Assembly: GCA_038087875.1 (NCBI GenBank)
Contig: CM075991.1
Coordinates: 2,604,001 to 2,668,000, forward strand
DNA: 64,000 bases
Direction of reading: 5' to 3'
From: Malacoraja senta
Taxonomy: Eukaryota
The translations under genes and the position numbers were made by a program. Numbering within the stretch: the stretch's first letter is position 1; each line of letters opens with the position of its first letter. This document shows, in pieces, positions 12,060 to 25,113 of this stretch. The notes under the pieces are model-generated. The model saw only the letters and a program-made list of their open reading frames with translations. It did not search any database and was not told the DNA's origin.

Positions 12060-12602
12060 ACTGGTTGTGGAGTCATGTTTGTATGTAGAAGCTAAGGAAA
12101 TGTATTTAAATCTCATTCCGGAAACATTGTGAGACAGAATTTTTGGAAGTACAGTATAGGAACATAATCCATCTTTCCAAAGCATACAATAAACTGCTGG
12201 AAGAACTCAGGGAGTTAGGAGGCATCTGTGGAGGCAAAGGGACATCAATATTTCTGTTCCAAGACCCTGCTGCTTGACCTGCCAAGTTCATCCTGCAGTT
12301 ATTTTTTTGCTCCAGATTCCAGTGTCTGCAATCTCCTGTGCACCTCTTTTCTCATATTTCCAAACCCCTAGGGGCAAGCACAATATCAATATAAATTCAA
12401 AATAATTAATGTTATGATTTCTGTGGCTAACCTCTCCTATGATTATATTGATTTGATGCTTTTCTTCAATTGCATCATTATTTGTCTTCTCCCTGTTCTT
12501 CATTTACAGTCAATATTGCTCGTCGTGACCACTGTTGACTTGGCAATGCCATATTAGTGGCATTATCACTGTCACCCATTTTCTATTGGATACACAGTCT
12601 AC

Positions 12603-13152
12603 GCTCCCCGTTGGATTGCAACCTTGTCGTGGTCAGGGAGCTTGTGTGTCTCAGTGACCTAGAGCTATGCCAGCGGGAGATTCGTCTCCTGTTAGGGTCT
12701 CCCATTCTGGACAGGTCGAAGGGTAGAGGCGAGACGAAGAGCGATCCACTGGTCCTCCAGGTTGGGGGTTGAGCACAGGGCTAACAACCCTGTCTCGTAA
12801 AACAAATATGTTACGGAAACAGCAACTGAAAGAATCAACACTACTGGGCGTGATGGACTTCCAGGGATATCGACAGATGCTAGGATGAATGTCAATGGTG
12901 AAAGCCGAAAGGAACATACTGAGAAGAGAACCAGACAGCATCTCAACAATAGCACCAGACAGCATCTCAACGGAAGGGAAAAGGAAAAGAGGGAGACATA
13001 AAACCACCTGGCATCGAACTGTAGAGGAGGATATGAAAACAATGGACCTGACCTGGAGTAGTGTCCAGAAGCTAGCCCAGAACAGACAGGAGTGGAGGAC
13101 CTTCGTTGCTGCCCTGCATGCCAGGAGGCATAATAGGCAGTAAGTAAGTAAG
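12603..13152 (+). mobile_element. Bipartite non-autonomous RTE retroposon (5' UTR fused to 3' end)
   Basis: RTE-type 5' UTR (CCTTGTCGTGG...TAGGGTCTCCCA...GGTTGAGCACAGGGCTAACAACCC) joined to the RTE C-terminus (GKRKRGRHKTTW.RTVEED...AQNRQEWRTFV). (TAAG)n tail. 12-bp TSD TACACAGTCTAC (12591-12602, 13153-13164). Confidence 0.88.
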
Positions 13153-13244
13153 TACACAGTCTACAGTGTAATTCGTTCTCTTACCCAGTTCATGTGTCCA
13201 AAGGATACACTGAAAAATACAAAACACCAGGCAAATCACAGAGA

Positions 13245-13835
13245 AAAGACAAGTGGGGACATTTTGTAGCATTGAGTACAAGAGTCAGGAGGTCATGTTG
13301 CAGCATTATAGGACTTTGGTTTGGTTGCCGCATTTGGGATAGTGCATGCAGTTCTGGTCGCCCCATTACAAAGAGAACGTGAAGATGCTCAGAATGCTGC
13401 CTGGATTAGACGGTATTAACTATAAGAAGGGGTTGGACAAATTTGGGATTGTTTTCTCTGGAGGATTGGAGGTTGAGAGGAGATCTGATAGAAGAATACC
13501 AGATTATGAGAGGCATTGGCAGGGTTGACAGAAATGTTCTCCCAGGGTAGAAATATCAAAGAATAGAGGTCAGAGCTTTAAGGTGAGAGGGACAAAGTTT
13601 AAAGATGTGCGTGGCAGGGATTTTTACATAGCGGGTGGTGGATGCCTGAAACACACTGCCAGGATTGGTGGTGAAGAAACGATTGTGGCATTTAAGAGTC
13701 TTTTAGATAGGCACATGGATGTGTAGTGAATGGAGGGAATAAAGATCACATGCAAGCAGTGGAGATTAACTTAATCTGACAACATGTTCTGTACGGACAT
13801 TGTGTCGAAGAGACTATGCTGTATTCTATCTTGTA
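13245..13835 (+). mobile_element. Old CR1 LINE 3' fragment
   Basis: MQFWSPHYK...RMLPGL...; degenerate CR1 ORF2 end. Confidence 0.8.
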
Positions 13836-14004
13836 TGATGCAAATTCTAATGGGCAATACTCACCAAAATAGGTTATTGCCAATTGAGACCGAACACTTT
13901 GCTTAGTTTCTCCATGGTGCTCTTGAAAATGTTCAACCATTTATATCAGTAACAAAGTGTCGGACAAAAACCGATCTGAGAAAATAGAACGACTCTGTCT
14001 ATAT

Positions 14005-14235
14005 CAGGGGTTCCCAACCTTTCTCATCCTGTTTACCCCTGGCAACTTTAATAGCACATAACAATGTTATTTCACTTATTTATGAACTAATGATGAACAG
14101 ATACCGGTATACCAGAACCAAACACAGTCAGTCAATGAGAAAAAATATGTACAAATCCAGAATCAACAAATTTACCCCCTGGGTTGGCAAAATTTACACC
14201 TTGGGGGTAAATTTACCCCAGGTTGGGAACCCTTG
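14005..14235. mobile_element. hAT/Charlie-like MITE
   Basis: 16-bp TIRs CAGGGGTTCCCAACCT / AGGTTGGGAACCCTTG and internal TTTACCCC repeats. No 8-bp TSD retained. Confidence 0.7.
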
Positions 14236-14996
14236 GCACACAACAGAGTTCAAGTGGCTAACTCAGCACCATTCAAGTACTGTTAAAGGGTTTGGGCACA
14301 TGAAAAGTAAACAATAATACATCAAAATGGAAGCTGACAAAGCATTAACAGATATTAATGTAGGAACACCTCTCCCATCAATATATCTCCATTTGAGACC
14401 CTGGTATCGTGTCAATGGAGACTCAAGGCACTTGCTCTCATTACTGCCAATAACCAAATTAACACAATTTCTTTTTTTTTTTGTGATAGGTTTCTCACCT
14501 GGTTCATCCCATCGCTAACGTTACTGGTCTAGCAGGTGCCTCCTTTCACCGGGGCTTTCTATGGGAAAGCGTGAACTCCTTGTTGGAGCATGGATTCCAC
14601 CAGCAATGGCCACTCTCCACTCTTCTGCCCTCTTGGCCGCTCCTCAGGGTGAAAAGTGGCTGCAGGGAGGGTTTCATGAAGGAAGAGAGAGAAAGAGAGA
14701 GAAAGAGGTGAAGAGCTGGTGAAGCTGCAACACTAAAACATTGACCCAGATTCATCATGGAGCTGTGGGAAACGGCAACGCACAACACGGTGACATTCAG
14801 CACAAGCAACTCAACATCAATTGCCCCCTCTGCATATTATTTGGTGATTTATATTTTTACTGAATACCCTGTCAGATTAACCCTAACATGCCCAGATTGG
14901 ATAAAGGTCGATGTAATCGTTGCCTTTCAGCCACATATACTTCATAACCCCTTATAAAAGGTGGGGGGTGACATGTTAAACGCTGTACTGTGTTTA

Positions 14997-15320
14997 ATTG
15001 CGGGGTTATTTTTGTCGACGTTTGCTTTACCTCCGCTCACTCTCCCGCTCCAATCTCAGCCGCTATTTAACTGCCAACCGCCGGCTGCGGGTGCGCGTGC
15101 GCTCCCCCCCGCGCCCACGGGCGGCCGGATGTTGTAGTTCTTTCCGCCCACGTCCCGTAAGAAGCGTGTTGGCGGAAGGACTACATTTCCCAGGAGGCGG
15201 CGCGGCGCATCAGCCGCGTCTCCACGGAGTCTGCCCCCTCCCCCCCCCCCCCCCGCAACAGCGCTCGGAGACTCCGACAGGACGGCGCAGGGGACAATAA
15301 GTACGGCAACGCAACGCGAA
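14997..15320. promoter_or_regulatory. CpG-island promoter, possibly bidirectional
   Basis: Non-repeat CpG-rich block. ZNF143/THAP11-type GGACTACATTTCCCAGGAGGC (15178-15198), an opposite-strand GAACTACAACATCC (15127-15140), NRF1 TGCGCGTGCGC (15092-15102) and ETS GCGGAAG (15172-15178). Confidence 0.8.
15031..15085 (-). other. Candidate non-coding first exon of a minus-strand gene
   Basis: Donor GAG|GTAAAG at 15031/15030, immediately downstream of the promoter motifs on the minus strand. No ATG. Confidence 0.5.
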
Positions 15321-15683
15321 ACTCAAAACAAACCCCAATCTGCGCTTCAAGTACTGTGTAGGAAGGAACTGCAGATGCTGGTTTAAACCGAAGATAGACA
15401 CAAAATGCTGGAATAACTCTCTGGAGAGAAGGAATGGGTGACGTTTCGGGTGGAGACCCTTCTTCACACTTCAAATACTGTACCACCGTTGTCAAGAGTC
15501 AAGAGTGTTTTATTGTCATATGTCCAAGATAGAACAATGAAATTCTTACTTGTAGCAGCACAACAGATATGTAAACATAGTACCATGTAAACAATATAAT
15601 AAACGAGAATTAAAAAGTTCAGCTAATACAAAATGCAAGATTGTGTCTATCTTCAGTGTAAACCAGCATCTGCAGTTCCTTCA

Positions 15684-16262
15684 GGGCCCTAGTGAGACCA
15701 CACCTGGAGTACCGTGTGCAGTTTTGGTCTCCAAATATGAGGAAGGACATTCTTGCTATTGAGGGAGTGCAGCGTAGGTTTACAAGGTTAATTCCCGGGA
15801 TGGCAGGACTGTCATATGCTGAGAGAATGGAGAGGCTGGGCTTGTATACTCTTGAATTTAGAAGGATGAGAGGGCATCTTATTGAAACATGTAAGATTAT
15901 TCAGGGTTTGGATACGCTAGAGGCAGAAAACATGTTCCCGATGTTGGGGGAGTCCAGAACCAGGGGCCACAGTTTAAGAATAAAGGGTAAGCCATTTAGA
16001 ACAGAGATGAGGAGACACTTTTTCACACAGATAGTTGTGAGCCTGTGGAATTCTCTGCCTCAGAGGGCAGTGGAGGCCGGTTCTCTGGAGACTTTCAAGA
16101 GAGAGCTAGATAGGGTTCTTAAAGATAGCGGAGTCAGGGGATATGGGGAGAAGGCAGGAACTGGGTACTGATTGGGGATAATCAGCCATGATAACATTGA
16201 ATGGTGGTGCGGGCTCGAAGGGCCGAATGGCCTACTCCTGCACCTATTGTCTTTTGTCTATT
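15684..16262 (+). mobile_element. CR1 LINE 3' fragment
   Basis: Open frame RPHLEY.VQFWSPNMRKDI...GYGEKAGTGY*, then the CR1 3' UTR. Confidence 0.93.
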
Positions 16263-16756
16263 GGTGAAGGGAAATTAGCATACAGAGGGGAAAAGAGCAA
16301 AGTGACAGGTATGGTGGGAGAAATGTGTGCATATTTGATGAGAAATGGGTGTAGTGAACTGAAACTTCCATCCCTGGTACAGCTTTAAAGTTTGGATCCG
16401 TTGGAAACTGGTCACCTTTAACAGTAGCCGCAGATGGACACACCTTGAAGTGTTGTGGAAGGGCCAAGTTTCAAGCTGCAGTCTGTGATTCACTTGGCAC
16501 TCCACCAGTGGCCTGTGCTGTCCAGGCCTGGCAACATGGGCAAGGTTGGTGGTGGGCCCGGAATTTAGGATGTAGTCAGAGAGAGTGGAGTCAAGGACTC
16601 CCGAGGGGCAGAGGGGGTTAGGAGAAACATCGAAAATAGGTGCAGGAGTAGGCCATTCGGACCTTCAAGCCAGCATTGCCAATAGCTGATCATCCAAAAG
16701 CAGTATCCCGTTAGCTTTTTCCCGAAGAGCTAAATCTAACTCTCTCTTGAAAGAAG

Positions 16757-17045
16757 TGCGGCACAGTGGCGCAGCGGTAGAGCGCTGCCTTACAGCGCCA
16801 GAGATCCGGGTTCGATCCCGAATACGTGTGCTGTCAATAGGTACATTCTCACTGTGGGTTTTCTCCGAGATCTTCGGTTTCCTCCCACACTCCAAAGTCG
16901 TGCAGGATTGTAGGTTAATTGGCTTGGTGTAAATGTAAATTGTCCCTAGTGTGTGTAGGGTAGTGTTCGTGTGCGGGGCTCGCTGGTCGGCGCGGACCCG
17001 GTGGGCCAAAGGGCCTGTTTCTGCGCGGTATCTATAAACAAAACT
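16757..17045 (+). mobile_element. HE1 V-SINE
   Basis: A box TGGCGCAGCGG, B box GGTTCGATCC, V-domain-like body, and tail GGGCCTGTTTC..GTATCT..AAACTA. Confidence 0.85.
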
Positions 17046-17215
17046 AGAGAGCAGACCTGTTTCCTTCCAGTTACCCTGGGTTGCAAACCTCAGTCCCTGA
17101 TTTAATACCCACCCAAGGCGATGCACATTTTCAATGTGGATAGAAGGAAAGGCCAGAGCACACCATTGACTGGGGGGCCTGTGGTACGATTTCTCACACT
17201 TTTAGGGCAACATTA

Positions 17216-17525
17216 GGGCGACACAGCGGCGCAGCTGGTAGAGCCGTTTCCTCACAGCGACGGTGACCCCGGTCAATCCCGACCTCGGGTGCTGTCTGTG
17301 CGGAGTTTGCACCTTCTCCCTGTGATCACCTGGGTTTCCTCCGGGTGCTTCGTCCCAAAGACGTGCTGGCTTGTAGGGTAATTGGCTTCTGTAAAATTGC
17401 CCCCAGTGTGCAGGGAGTGGATGAGAAAGTGGGATATCATGAAACTAGTGTGAACGGCTGATCGATGGGCGGCGTGGACTTGGTGGGCCAAAGGGCCTGT
17501 TTCCGTGCTGCATCTCGAAACTAAA
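17216..17525 (+). mobile_element. HE1 V-SINE
   Basis: Same head, body and tail layout as the other copies. Confidence 0.8.
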
Positions 17526-18324
17526 ATTGGCACAACCGCTGCATCACTTTGAAAATCCCACATGGGGTCTTCATCCTGTGATTTGTGGAAGTTGTACTTG
17601 GTGTTCCACAGTCGACAAAACTTGAATAACCTTTAAATAATCATTCAAACCACTAGTACAACAATGATAATAATCCAATAGAATTTATATTAGTGTACTT
17701 GGGAAAACCTCCTGCACAAAACTCCCAAGTGTGACTTAAAGCCATGTGCATTGGCTGAGAGTGAGGTGAATTACAGATGGCTCTCACAATCCGTCTGCCT
17801 TATGTTACGTTCAATGTGACAGCCTTTCTTGGCTGGATTTCATAATCATTAAAAAACAAGATTTCACAACTGACTTTTAGTCACTTCAGTGCTTGGAAGT
17901 TGAAAAAGTAATTTCCAAGTTACTTTTTCAAAATTAACTGCATGTTTAGGTTGTTTAGCAATTAAATGGATTTTTTTTAATTTTTAATTTAATTAATTTT
18001 ACAGCTATGTTAATAACTGGATTATGGATAATTGAAGAAAGGTTTTCCTTTTCGTTCCACTTCACACTTGGACTTTTGCCACATTACGTCCCATAGCCAG
18101 TGGTGATCAAGGGAAAGATTAATGTGATCTGAATTCACATTCTACTGTTATTGATGGAAAGGACTCTCTCATCGTTAAAATGTGCCATCCATCGCAGGCT
18201 CTTACAAACTGTTGGAAGAGGTCAGATCTCCAAGTCAAGCAACGCTGATGAGATCACAGTCAAGTAAAAATGCAGATGCTGGAAATCTGAGAGAAAAACA
18301 GAAAGTGAGGGAAACACTCAGCAT

Positions 18325-18762
18325 GTTCATAACTGATAGGAAAAATTAGGCCATTCGGCCCATCAAGTCTATTCTGCCATTTAATCACTCAACCCCATTC
18401 TCCTGCCTTCGCCCCATAACCCATGACACTCTTACTATTCAAGAATCTGTCAATCTCCGCCTTAAAAATATCCATTGACTTGGCCTCCTCAGCCTTCTGT
18501 GGCAATTAATTCCACCGATTTACCACCGTCTGAGTAAAAAAATTCCTCCTCATTTCAATAGACAATAGACAATAGGCCATTCGGCCCTTCGAGCCAGCAC
18601 CGCCATTCACTGTGATCATGTCTGATCATCCACAATCAGTACCCCGTTCTCCTTTCTAAGGGAACATCCTTTTATTCTGAGCCCATGACCTCTGGTCCTA
18701 GACTTTCCCACTAGTGGAAACATCCTCCCCACATCCACTCTATCCAGGTTTTTCACTATTCT
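18325..18762 (-). mobile_element. CR1 3' fragments (nested)
   Basis: Reverse RMFPLVGKSRTRGH..., two CR1 3' UTRs and a CAATAGA tail. Confidence 0.8.
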
Positions 18763-19249
18763 GCGCACACAGCAGTGTGTAGGAACTACAGATGCTGTTT
18801 TTTTTATCAAAGATAGACTCAAAGTGCTGGAGTAACAGCGGGTCAGGCAGCATCTCTGGAAATGTCTCGTTCCATAAATCTGCTTTTTAATATTTTTATT
18901 TGCTTATCATCGTAGAATATGCATGTGTTTGTAGGAACTTTTAGCATCTGATCAGTACAAAAGACCCAAGAAACCGCCGATGTTGGAATCTTGAGCAAAA
19001 CACAAAGTACTTGAACAACTCAGCAGGTCAGGCAGCATCTGTTGAGGCAAGTCAAGAGTCAAGAATGTTTAATTGTCATATGTACCAAAAACAGAACAAT
19101 AACATTCTTATTTGCAGCAGGACAACAGTTCTGTAACACAGTATTTGTAGATTCCATAATAAACCAAAAAAAGTTCAATTAATTAAAAATCCCCAACATT
19201 AGTGCAAAAAAGCCCAAAGACCTTAGTCAACCAAGGCAGTTCCTAGTTC

Positions 19250-19580
19250 ACAGTTTAATTGTTTAGTTGATTTAGTTGAGAGATACGGCGAGGAAACAGG
19301 CCCTTTGACCCACCAAGTCTGCACCGACCAGCGATCCCCACACATTAGCACTACCCTACACACACTAAGGACAATTTACATTTATACCAAGCCAATTAAC
19401 CTACAAGCCTTTATGTCTTTAGAGCATGGGAGGAAACCGAAGATGTCAGAGAAAACCCATGTGGTCATGGGGAGAACGTACAAACACCGTACAGACAGCA
19501 CCCATAGTCGGGATCGAACCCGGGTCTCCGGCGCTGCAAGCGCTGTAAGGCAGCAACTCTACTGCTGCATCATTGTGTCG
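19250..19580 (-). mobile_element. HE1 V-SINE
   Basis: Reverse-oriented tRNA head (GGATCGAACCCGGGTCTC) and (TTTAG)n tail. Confidence 0.85.
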
Positions 19581-19784
19581 CCCAGCCCAATTGGTGTTGG
19601 TAGTATTCAATTGCCTGATGGTTTTCTAATAGTCTGAAGCTCTTCCTGAGCCAGGACATTACAGCTTCAAGCTCCTGTATTGTCTTCCCGATGGCAGGAG
19701 TGAAATGAGAGCATGGCCAGGGTGGTGTGGGTCCTTGATGATGCTGGCTGCCTTTTTGAGGCAGCCCCTCGTATGGAACCTTCG

Positions 19785-20216
19785 ATAGAACACACAAAAT
19801 ACATTTTAACATAGACATCAAAAAAGTTCAAATCTCTTCCCTTCTATGCTCTCCCACGGTCGGGGGCCTTGAGCCCTCTGATCTTGACTCCTGTAGTTGG
19901 CGGTCGGGCCCACCGCATTGGGGCGATCAGCTCCTGCATCGGGGGGATGTCAGCTCCCTGCGCCGAGCGATCGGACACTGCGTTGGGGCTGGTCGAACCT
20001 CTGTGTCGTTGGAGCTCCCGACTGGCCACTCCCGACACTGCGAGCCCTTGATGGTAAGTCCGCAGACTGCAGTTGGAGTGATCTCAGGCAAGGGATCGAC
20101 TCCGATGTTAAGCACACACCCCGCGGTGGGGCCCATAGTCAGTCTGAGGAGGCCTCCAGCTCCATCGATGGTAGGCCGCAGATCGGCTGGAGATGCGACC
20201 CAGAAAATAATCGCAT
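19785..20216 (-). mobile_element. GC-rich non-tRNA retroposon (truncated; core hairpin deleted)
   Basis: Shares ATGCGATT..GTCGCATCTCC, GCGGCCTACCATCG and GGCCCCCGACCGTGGG...GAACTTT..GATGT with 51346-52195 and 52890-53176. Confidence 0.65.
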
Positions 20217-20607
20217 AAGTGACAGGAGTAGAATTAGGCCATCAAATCTACTCTGCCTATCAATCATGGCTGATTCATCTCTCCCTACTAACCCCATTCT
20301 CCTGCCTTCTCCCCGTAACCTCTGACACCCGTGCTAATCAAGAATCTATCTATCTCTGCCTTTAAAATATCCACTGAAGGCCTCCACAGCCTTCTGTGGC
20401 AAAGAATTCCACAGATTCACCACCCTCTGACTAAAGAAATTCCTCCTCATCTCCCTCCGAAAAGAATGTTTTTTAATTCTGAGGCATTGACCTCTAGTCC
20501 TAGACTCTTCCACTGATGGAAACACCCTCTCCACATCCTCTCTATCCAAGCCTTTCACTATTCTGTATGTTTCAATGAGGTTCCCCCCTCATTCTTCTAA
20601 ACTCCAG
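20217..20607 (-). mobile_element. CR1 3' fragment
   Basis: KGLDREDVERVFP..ESRTRG..NFFSQRVVNLWNSLPQ. Confidence 0.85.
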
Positions 20608-20944
20608 TCCGGGTAAAACGATGGGTCTAACGGAAGGTTATGGTGCACGTATTACACTGCAAGAAGCAGAGGAAGACTATACTCACTGACTATTACTGGA
20701 TGCTCTATAGGAGATGGAATTCCATCAGCACCCATCCCCCAGAAGAATACTGGACACTCCACCATCTGATTCAGCTCCAGACAGATCGCAATATAATTCA
20801 ATGCATGTGTGGGTGGTAGATTTCAAAGTTCATGTCGGATTCTGTGCAAGAAGATATTGGACATTGACCAAGATGGTTTTGTATCTCAGACTAATATTAG
20901 TTACCGAATGGATGTATTATGTATGACTGTGTATTGGAAAGGAC

Positions 20945-22206
20945 AGTTTAGTTTAGTTTTAGAGATACAGATAGAAACAGGCCCAATGAGTGTGAGCCAA
21001 CCATCGCTCACCCATTCACACTCGTTCTATGTTATTTCACTTTCTCATCCACTCCCTACATACTAGAGCCAATTAACCTACAAACCTTCACGTCTTTGGG
21101 ATGAAACCTGTGCACCCTCAGGAAACCCACGCTATCACTGAGAGAACATGCCAACTCCACACGGACATCACCGAGGTCAGGATCGAAGGCAAGTCTCTGG
21201 CGCTGTGAGGCAGTGGCATTACCTGCTGTGCCACCGTGCCGCCTTGCTGGCATCTAAATTAAAACAGACTTTTAATTATTTTCATTCACATCGCTTCAGT
21301 GCTGGAATCACGGACATGATGACGTGATTAAACTGTTTATTTGTAGCATTTGTTTTGGGCATCACTGATAAAATTCCACCGCTTTGCCTTGTCTCATAAA
21401 ACACAGCGCCAGAGACCCGGGTTCGATCCTGACTACGGGGGCTGTCTACATGGAGTTTGTACTTTCTTACTGTGACCACGTGGGTTTTCTCCGGGTGCTC
21501 CGGTTTCCTGCGACACTCTGAAGACTTGCAGGTTTGTTGGTTAATTGGCGTCTGTAAATAGCAACTTGTCCCCAGTGTGTAGGATAGTGCTAGTGTGCGG
21601 GGTGGTCATTGGTCGGTGCGGACTCGGTGGGTTGAAGGGCCTGTTTCCACATTGTATCTCTAAAGTAACAGGCCCTTCGGCCCACAATATCTGTGCTGAA
21701 CATGATGCCAAGACCAACTCTTAAGTGCCGACACATAATGCATATCCCTCCATTCCCAGCACAGCCATGTGAGTGTGTACTCAGGTGCTACTTAGTGAAG
21801 ATATATACATTCCCAGAGAATCTCTCCATTAGGGACTACATTCACTGGCTGTGCAATGGGAGTGGGATGTCTATCCAGGTTAAGTACAGATTCTGTGAAG
21901 GTGGTTATATTATTTTGGTTTAGTACTTTAGAGATACAGCATAGAAACAAGTCCTTCAGCCCACCGAGTCCGCGCCGACTAGCGATCACCCCGTGCACTA
22001 GCACTATTCTACACACGAGGGACAATTTACAGAGCCCAATTAACCGACAAACCTACACGTCTTTGGAGTGTGGGAGAAAACCGGAGCACCCGGAGAAAAC
22101 CCACGCAGTCACAGCTAGATCGCACAAACTCCTCACAGACAGCACCCGTAGTCAGGATCAAAACTGGGTCTCTGTTACTGTAAGGCAGCAACTCTACCGT
22201 GCCACC
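20945..22206. mobile_element. Cluster of three HE1 SINEs (20945-21245 -, 21400-21665 +, 21917-22206 -)
   Basis: B-box and V-domain motifs plus HE1 tails in each copy. Confidence 0.8.
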
Positions 22207-24099
22207 CTAAATTACTGGCAAAGTGTTGGAGGAAATATAATTCCAGAATTATAATGTGCACTATGACACTCCCAGAGAAATGCTTTATACTGGATAGTTT
22301 TAAGGGCCCTAAAGGCACAAGTGGTGAATTCTCGGCGTGGTGAGTTCTCAGTAAGAAGCCAAAGTCCTTTCCTTCTGTTGGCGTGTGGAAATATTTGGCA
22401 AAAAACCTTTCTTGTGTTTTTCAGTTTATCTGCATTTGAATAAATTCCTTTGGATCATTAGATGTGATGGGATAACTATAACCATCTGGGTGTGCTTGCG
22501 AAAATCCCGGCAGGTTCGACTTCGAACGAAGACGCACTCCAGACTAACTGGTCACATCACGGCCTCCAGTCACCCTTTCAGGGAGGTGGAAGTTTGTCAA
22601 CCACGGCAATGCGGGGACACCTTGCGATGTAAACTAACGGGTGAAGCTTCTCCCACGCCATCCCAGCTCCCAGTCCCAGTCATGCTCTGGAAACAAGGAG
22701 CTGCAGACGCTGGTTAATGCAGAAAAGGACACAAAGTGCTGGAGTAACTCAGTGGGTCAGGCCGCACTGCAAAGAGTTTTTCATACTTTGACTCGCTTAA
22801 GTTAAAACATTCTGCATTCCTTTTTTCACGGAGCAATGCGTGAATGAACAAAATTACACAAAGTGCTGGAATAATTCAGCGGGCCAGGCAGCATCCCTGG
22901 AGAACATGGATAGGAGGCGTTTCAGGTCAGGATTATTCCTCAGACTGATTGTATTAAGGGGGGGGGGGAGCTGGAAGAGAGGTGGGATGCAGAACAGAGA
23001 GGAGGAGATGTTTTGTTTTCTTCTCATCTCTGGTTTTTGGCAACACAAAGCTCCAAAGACATCCAGGTTTGTAGGTTAATTGGCTTCGGTAAAATTGTAA
23101 ATTGCCCCTAGTGTGCGTAGGATAGTGTTAGTGTGCGGGGATCGTTGGTCGGCACGGATTCGGTGGGCTGAAGGGACTGTGTCTTTAAACTAAAATAAAA
23201 CAAAACCCGTCTGCCAATTAAACCCCCATCACCTGTATCCACCTATCACTTGCCTGGCTTTGTACCAACTTCACCTCTCTTCCATCTTTCACCCCCCTCC
23301 CCCCTATTACAATCAGTCTGTAGAAGGGTCCCGACCCAAAATGTCACCAATCATGTTCTCCACAGATGCTGCCTGGCCCGCTGAGTTGCTCCAGCAATTT
23401 GTGTCATTTTGTCCATTCACACATTGTTCTGTTAAAAAACGGGTGCAGAAAGTTTAAATTTAAGGGAGGCAAACTATGTAAAACTCTCACAATCCCCGAA
23501 AATAAACCCCTAGAAAAGTGAAGGGGGTTGGGGGGGGAGCAGTTACTGACACAAGAGACTGCAGGTGCTGCAATCATGAGCAAAACACAAAGTGCTGGAG
23601 GAACTCAGTGGGTCAGGCAGCATCTGCGGAGGGAAATGGATTGAAGGGAACGGAAGAGAGGGGGGCGAACGGGGAAATGAGAGGGAAATGGGGAATGAAC
23701 AGAATCAGCTGCAGAACTCCAGCCAGAAGCAAGGGCAGTGAACACGGGGGTATCCCACTCACTAATATAACTAACACAAGCAAACCAGGTGACCTTGTAT
23801 CACCAAGGAGCGCATTCGCAATGAGATTTGAACTAACTGATTGAAAGGGAGAAATGTAATCCCTCAGCCTGTCCAACTGATTTTTTCCACCAACTCCCAT
23901 CCCCACCATATCACTCACTCCTTTCCCCTCACTTGCACACTCATCTCCCATCCATGGTTGTCTCAGTTCCCTTCAACCCCCCTCTTCCCCCCCCCCCCCA
24001 CCCCATCTCCTTCTACCTATATCCCTCCCTCTCCTTTACAATTCACTCCTCCTCCTCCTCTCATTAATCTGGTGCCCGATTATCTCCCTTTGTCATTTA

Positions 24100-25113
24100 T
24101 GGCCTGTCCCACTTAGGCGAATTTTCAGGCAACTGTCAAATCGCTGGCAGTCGCCTGACAAACCGGCGACTGGAACGGCGACTGTCAGAGTGGAACACAC
24201 ACACACAACACACACAACACACACATCGCTTCCTGCACCAGCCCGTTATGCAGGCGGGGGGGCAGGGCAAGCGGGGGGAGCGCTGTCTGAGTGAAATTCA
24301 CACGGTGCGAAGCCAATGTGATACAGACACACACGGCGATGAACAGGAAGGTTGGCGCTGTAATTACGACGGTGAAAGCACAGTGTATGGGAAGGGTCAC
24401 GTAAAGGGCCTGTCCCACTTGCCGATTTTTTTGGCGACTGCCAGCGTCATTGACTGACGTGTCAGGTCGCCGGAAGATTTTGAACATTTCAAAATCCCAA
24501 CGGTGACAAAAAATGTTGCGACACTTGAGGAACGCTCGTCAATACGTCATCACGCTGCATCACACCACGTCACGCCGCGATTTTTTCAGTGACCTGATAC
24601 GTCAGTCACCGATGCCGGTAGTCGCCAAAAAAATCGCCAAGTGAGACAGGCCCTTTAGTCCTTTAAAAGAGATGGGGGGGGGGGGGGAGAGGGGGGGGGG
24701 AGAAGGAGTGGAGACAACTTTTAAGAAGCCAGAGATACACGTCTGTGAAGCTTGGTGGACATTAACATTACCGGTCGGTTACCTTTGGTTCTGAAAACTA
24801 TTGCTTGCGTTTTTTCCCCCCAATTAGCCAAGGAAATTCACCGGTCAGCACCGGCTACAACCTACGAGAACTGATGACCCCCTGGCGACCCACCTATGGC
24901 ACGAGAATTCTCGCTACTCTTCATGGCGGCTTCATTCTGGTCGCCACGAATTTTTCAACGTGTTGAAAAATTTGCGGCGAGCATAATGTGGCCGCGACTA
25001 GTTCCCAGAATGCGGGAACTCCTCACGACCATGAAGGCGACTCCCCGGCAACATGTGGCGACCGCATAGTCTCCTGCAGTCGCCTAAAAAGTTGCCGAAG
25101 TGGGACAGGCCCA
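24100..25113. mobile_element. Harbinger-like MITE (outer)
   Basis: TIRs TGGCCTGTCCCACTT / AAGTGGGACAGGCCCA with TTA on both flanks (24097-24099, 25114-25116). Confidence 0.75.
24405..24654. mobile_element. Harbinger-like MITE nested in a related MITE
   Basis: TIRs AGGGCCTGTCCCACTT / AAGTGAGACAGGCCCT with long imperfect palindromic arms. Flanks TAA / TTA. Confidence 0.8.

Noticed and set aside
20665..20720. ILTDYYWMLYR resembling a transposase C-terminal DYCW motif
   Set aside because: Too short, the expected upstream motif is absent, and no termini were found.
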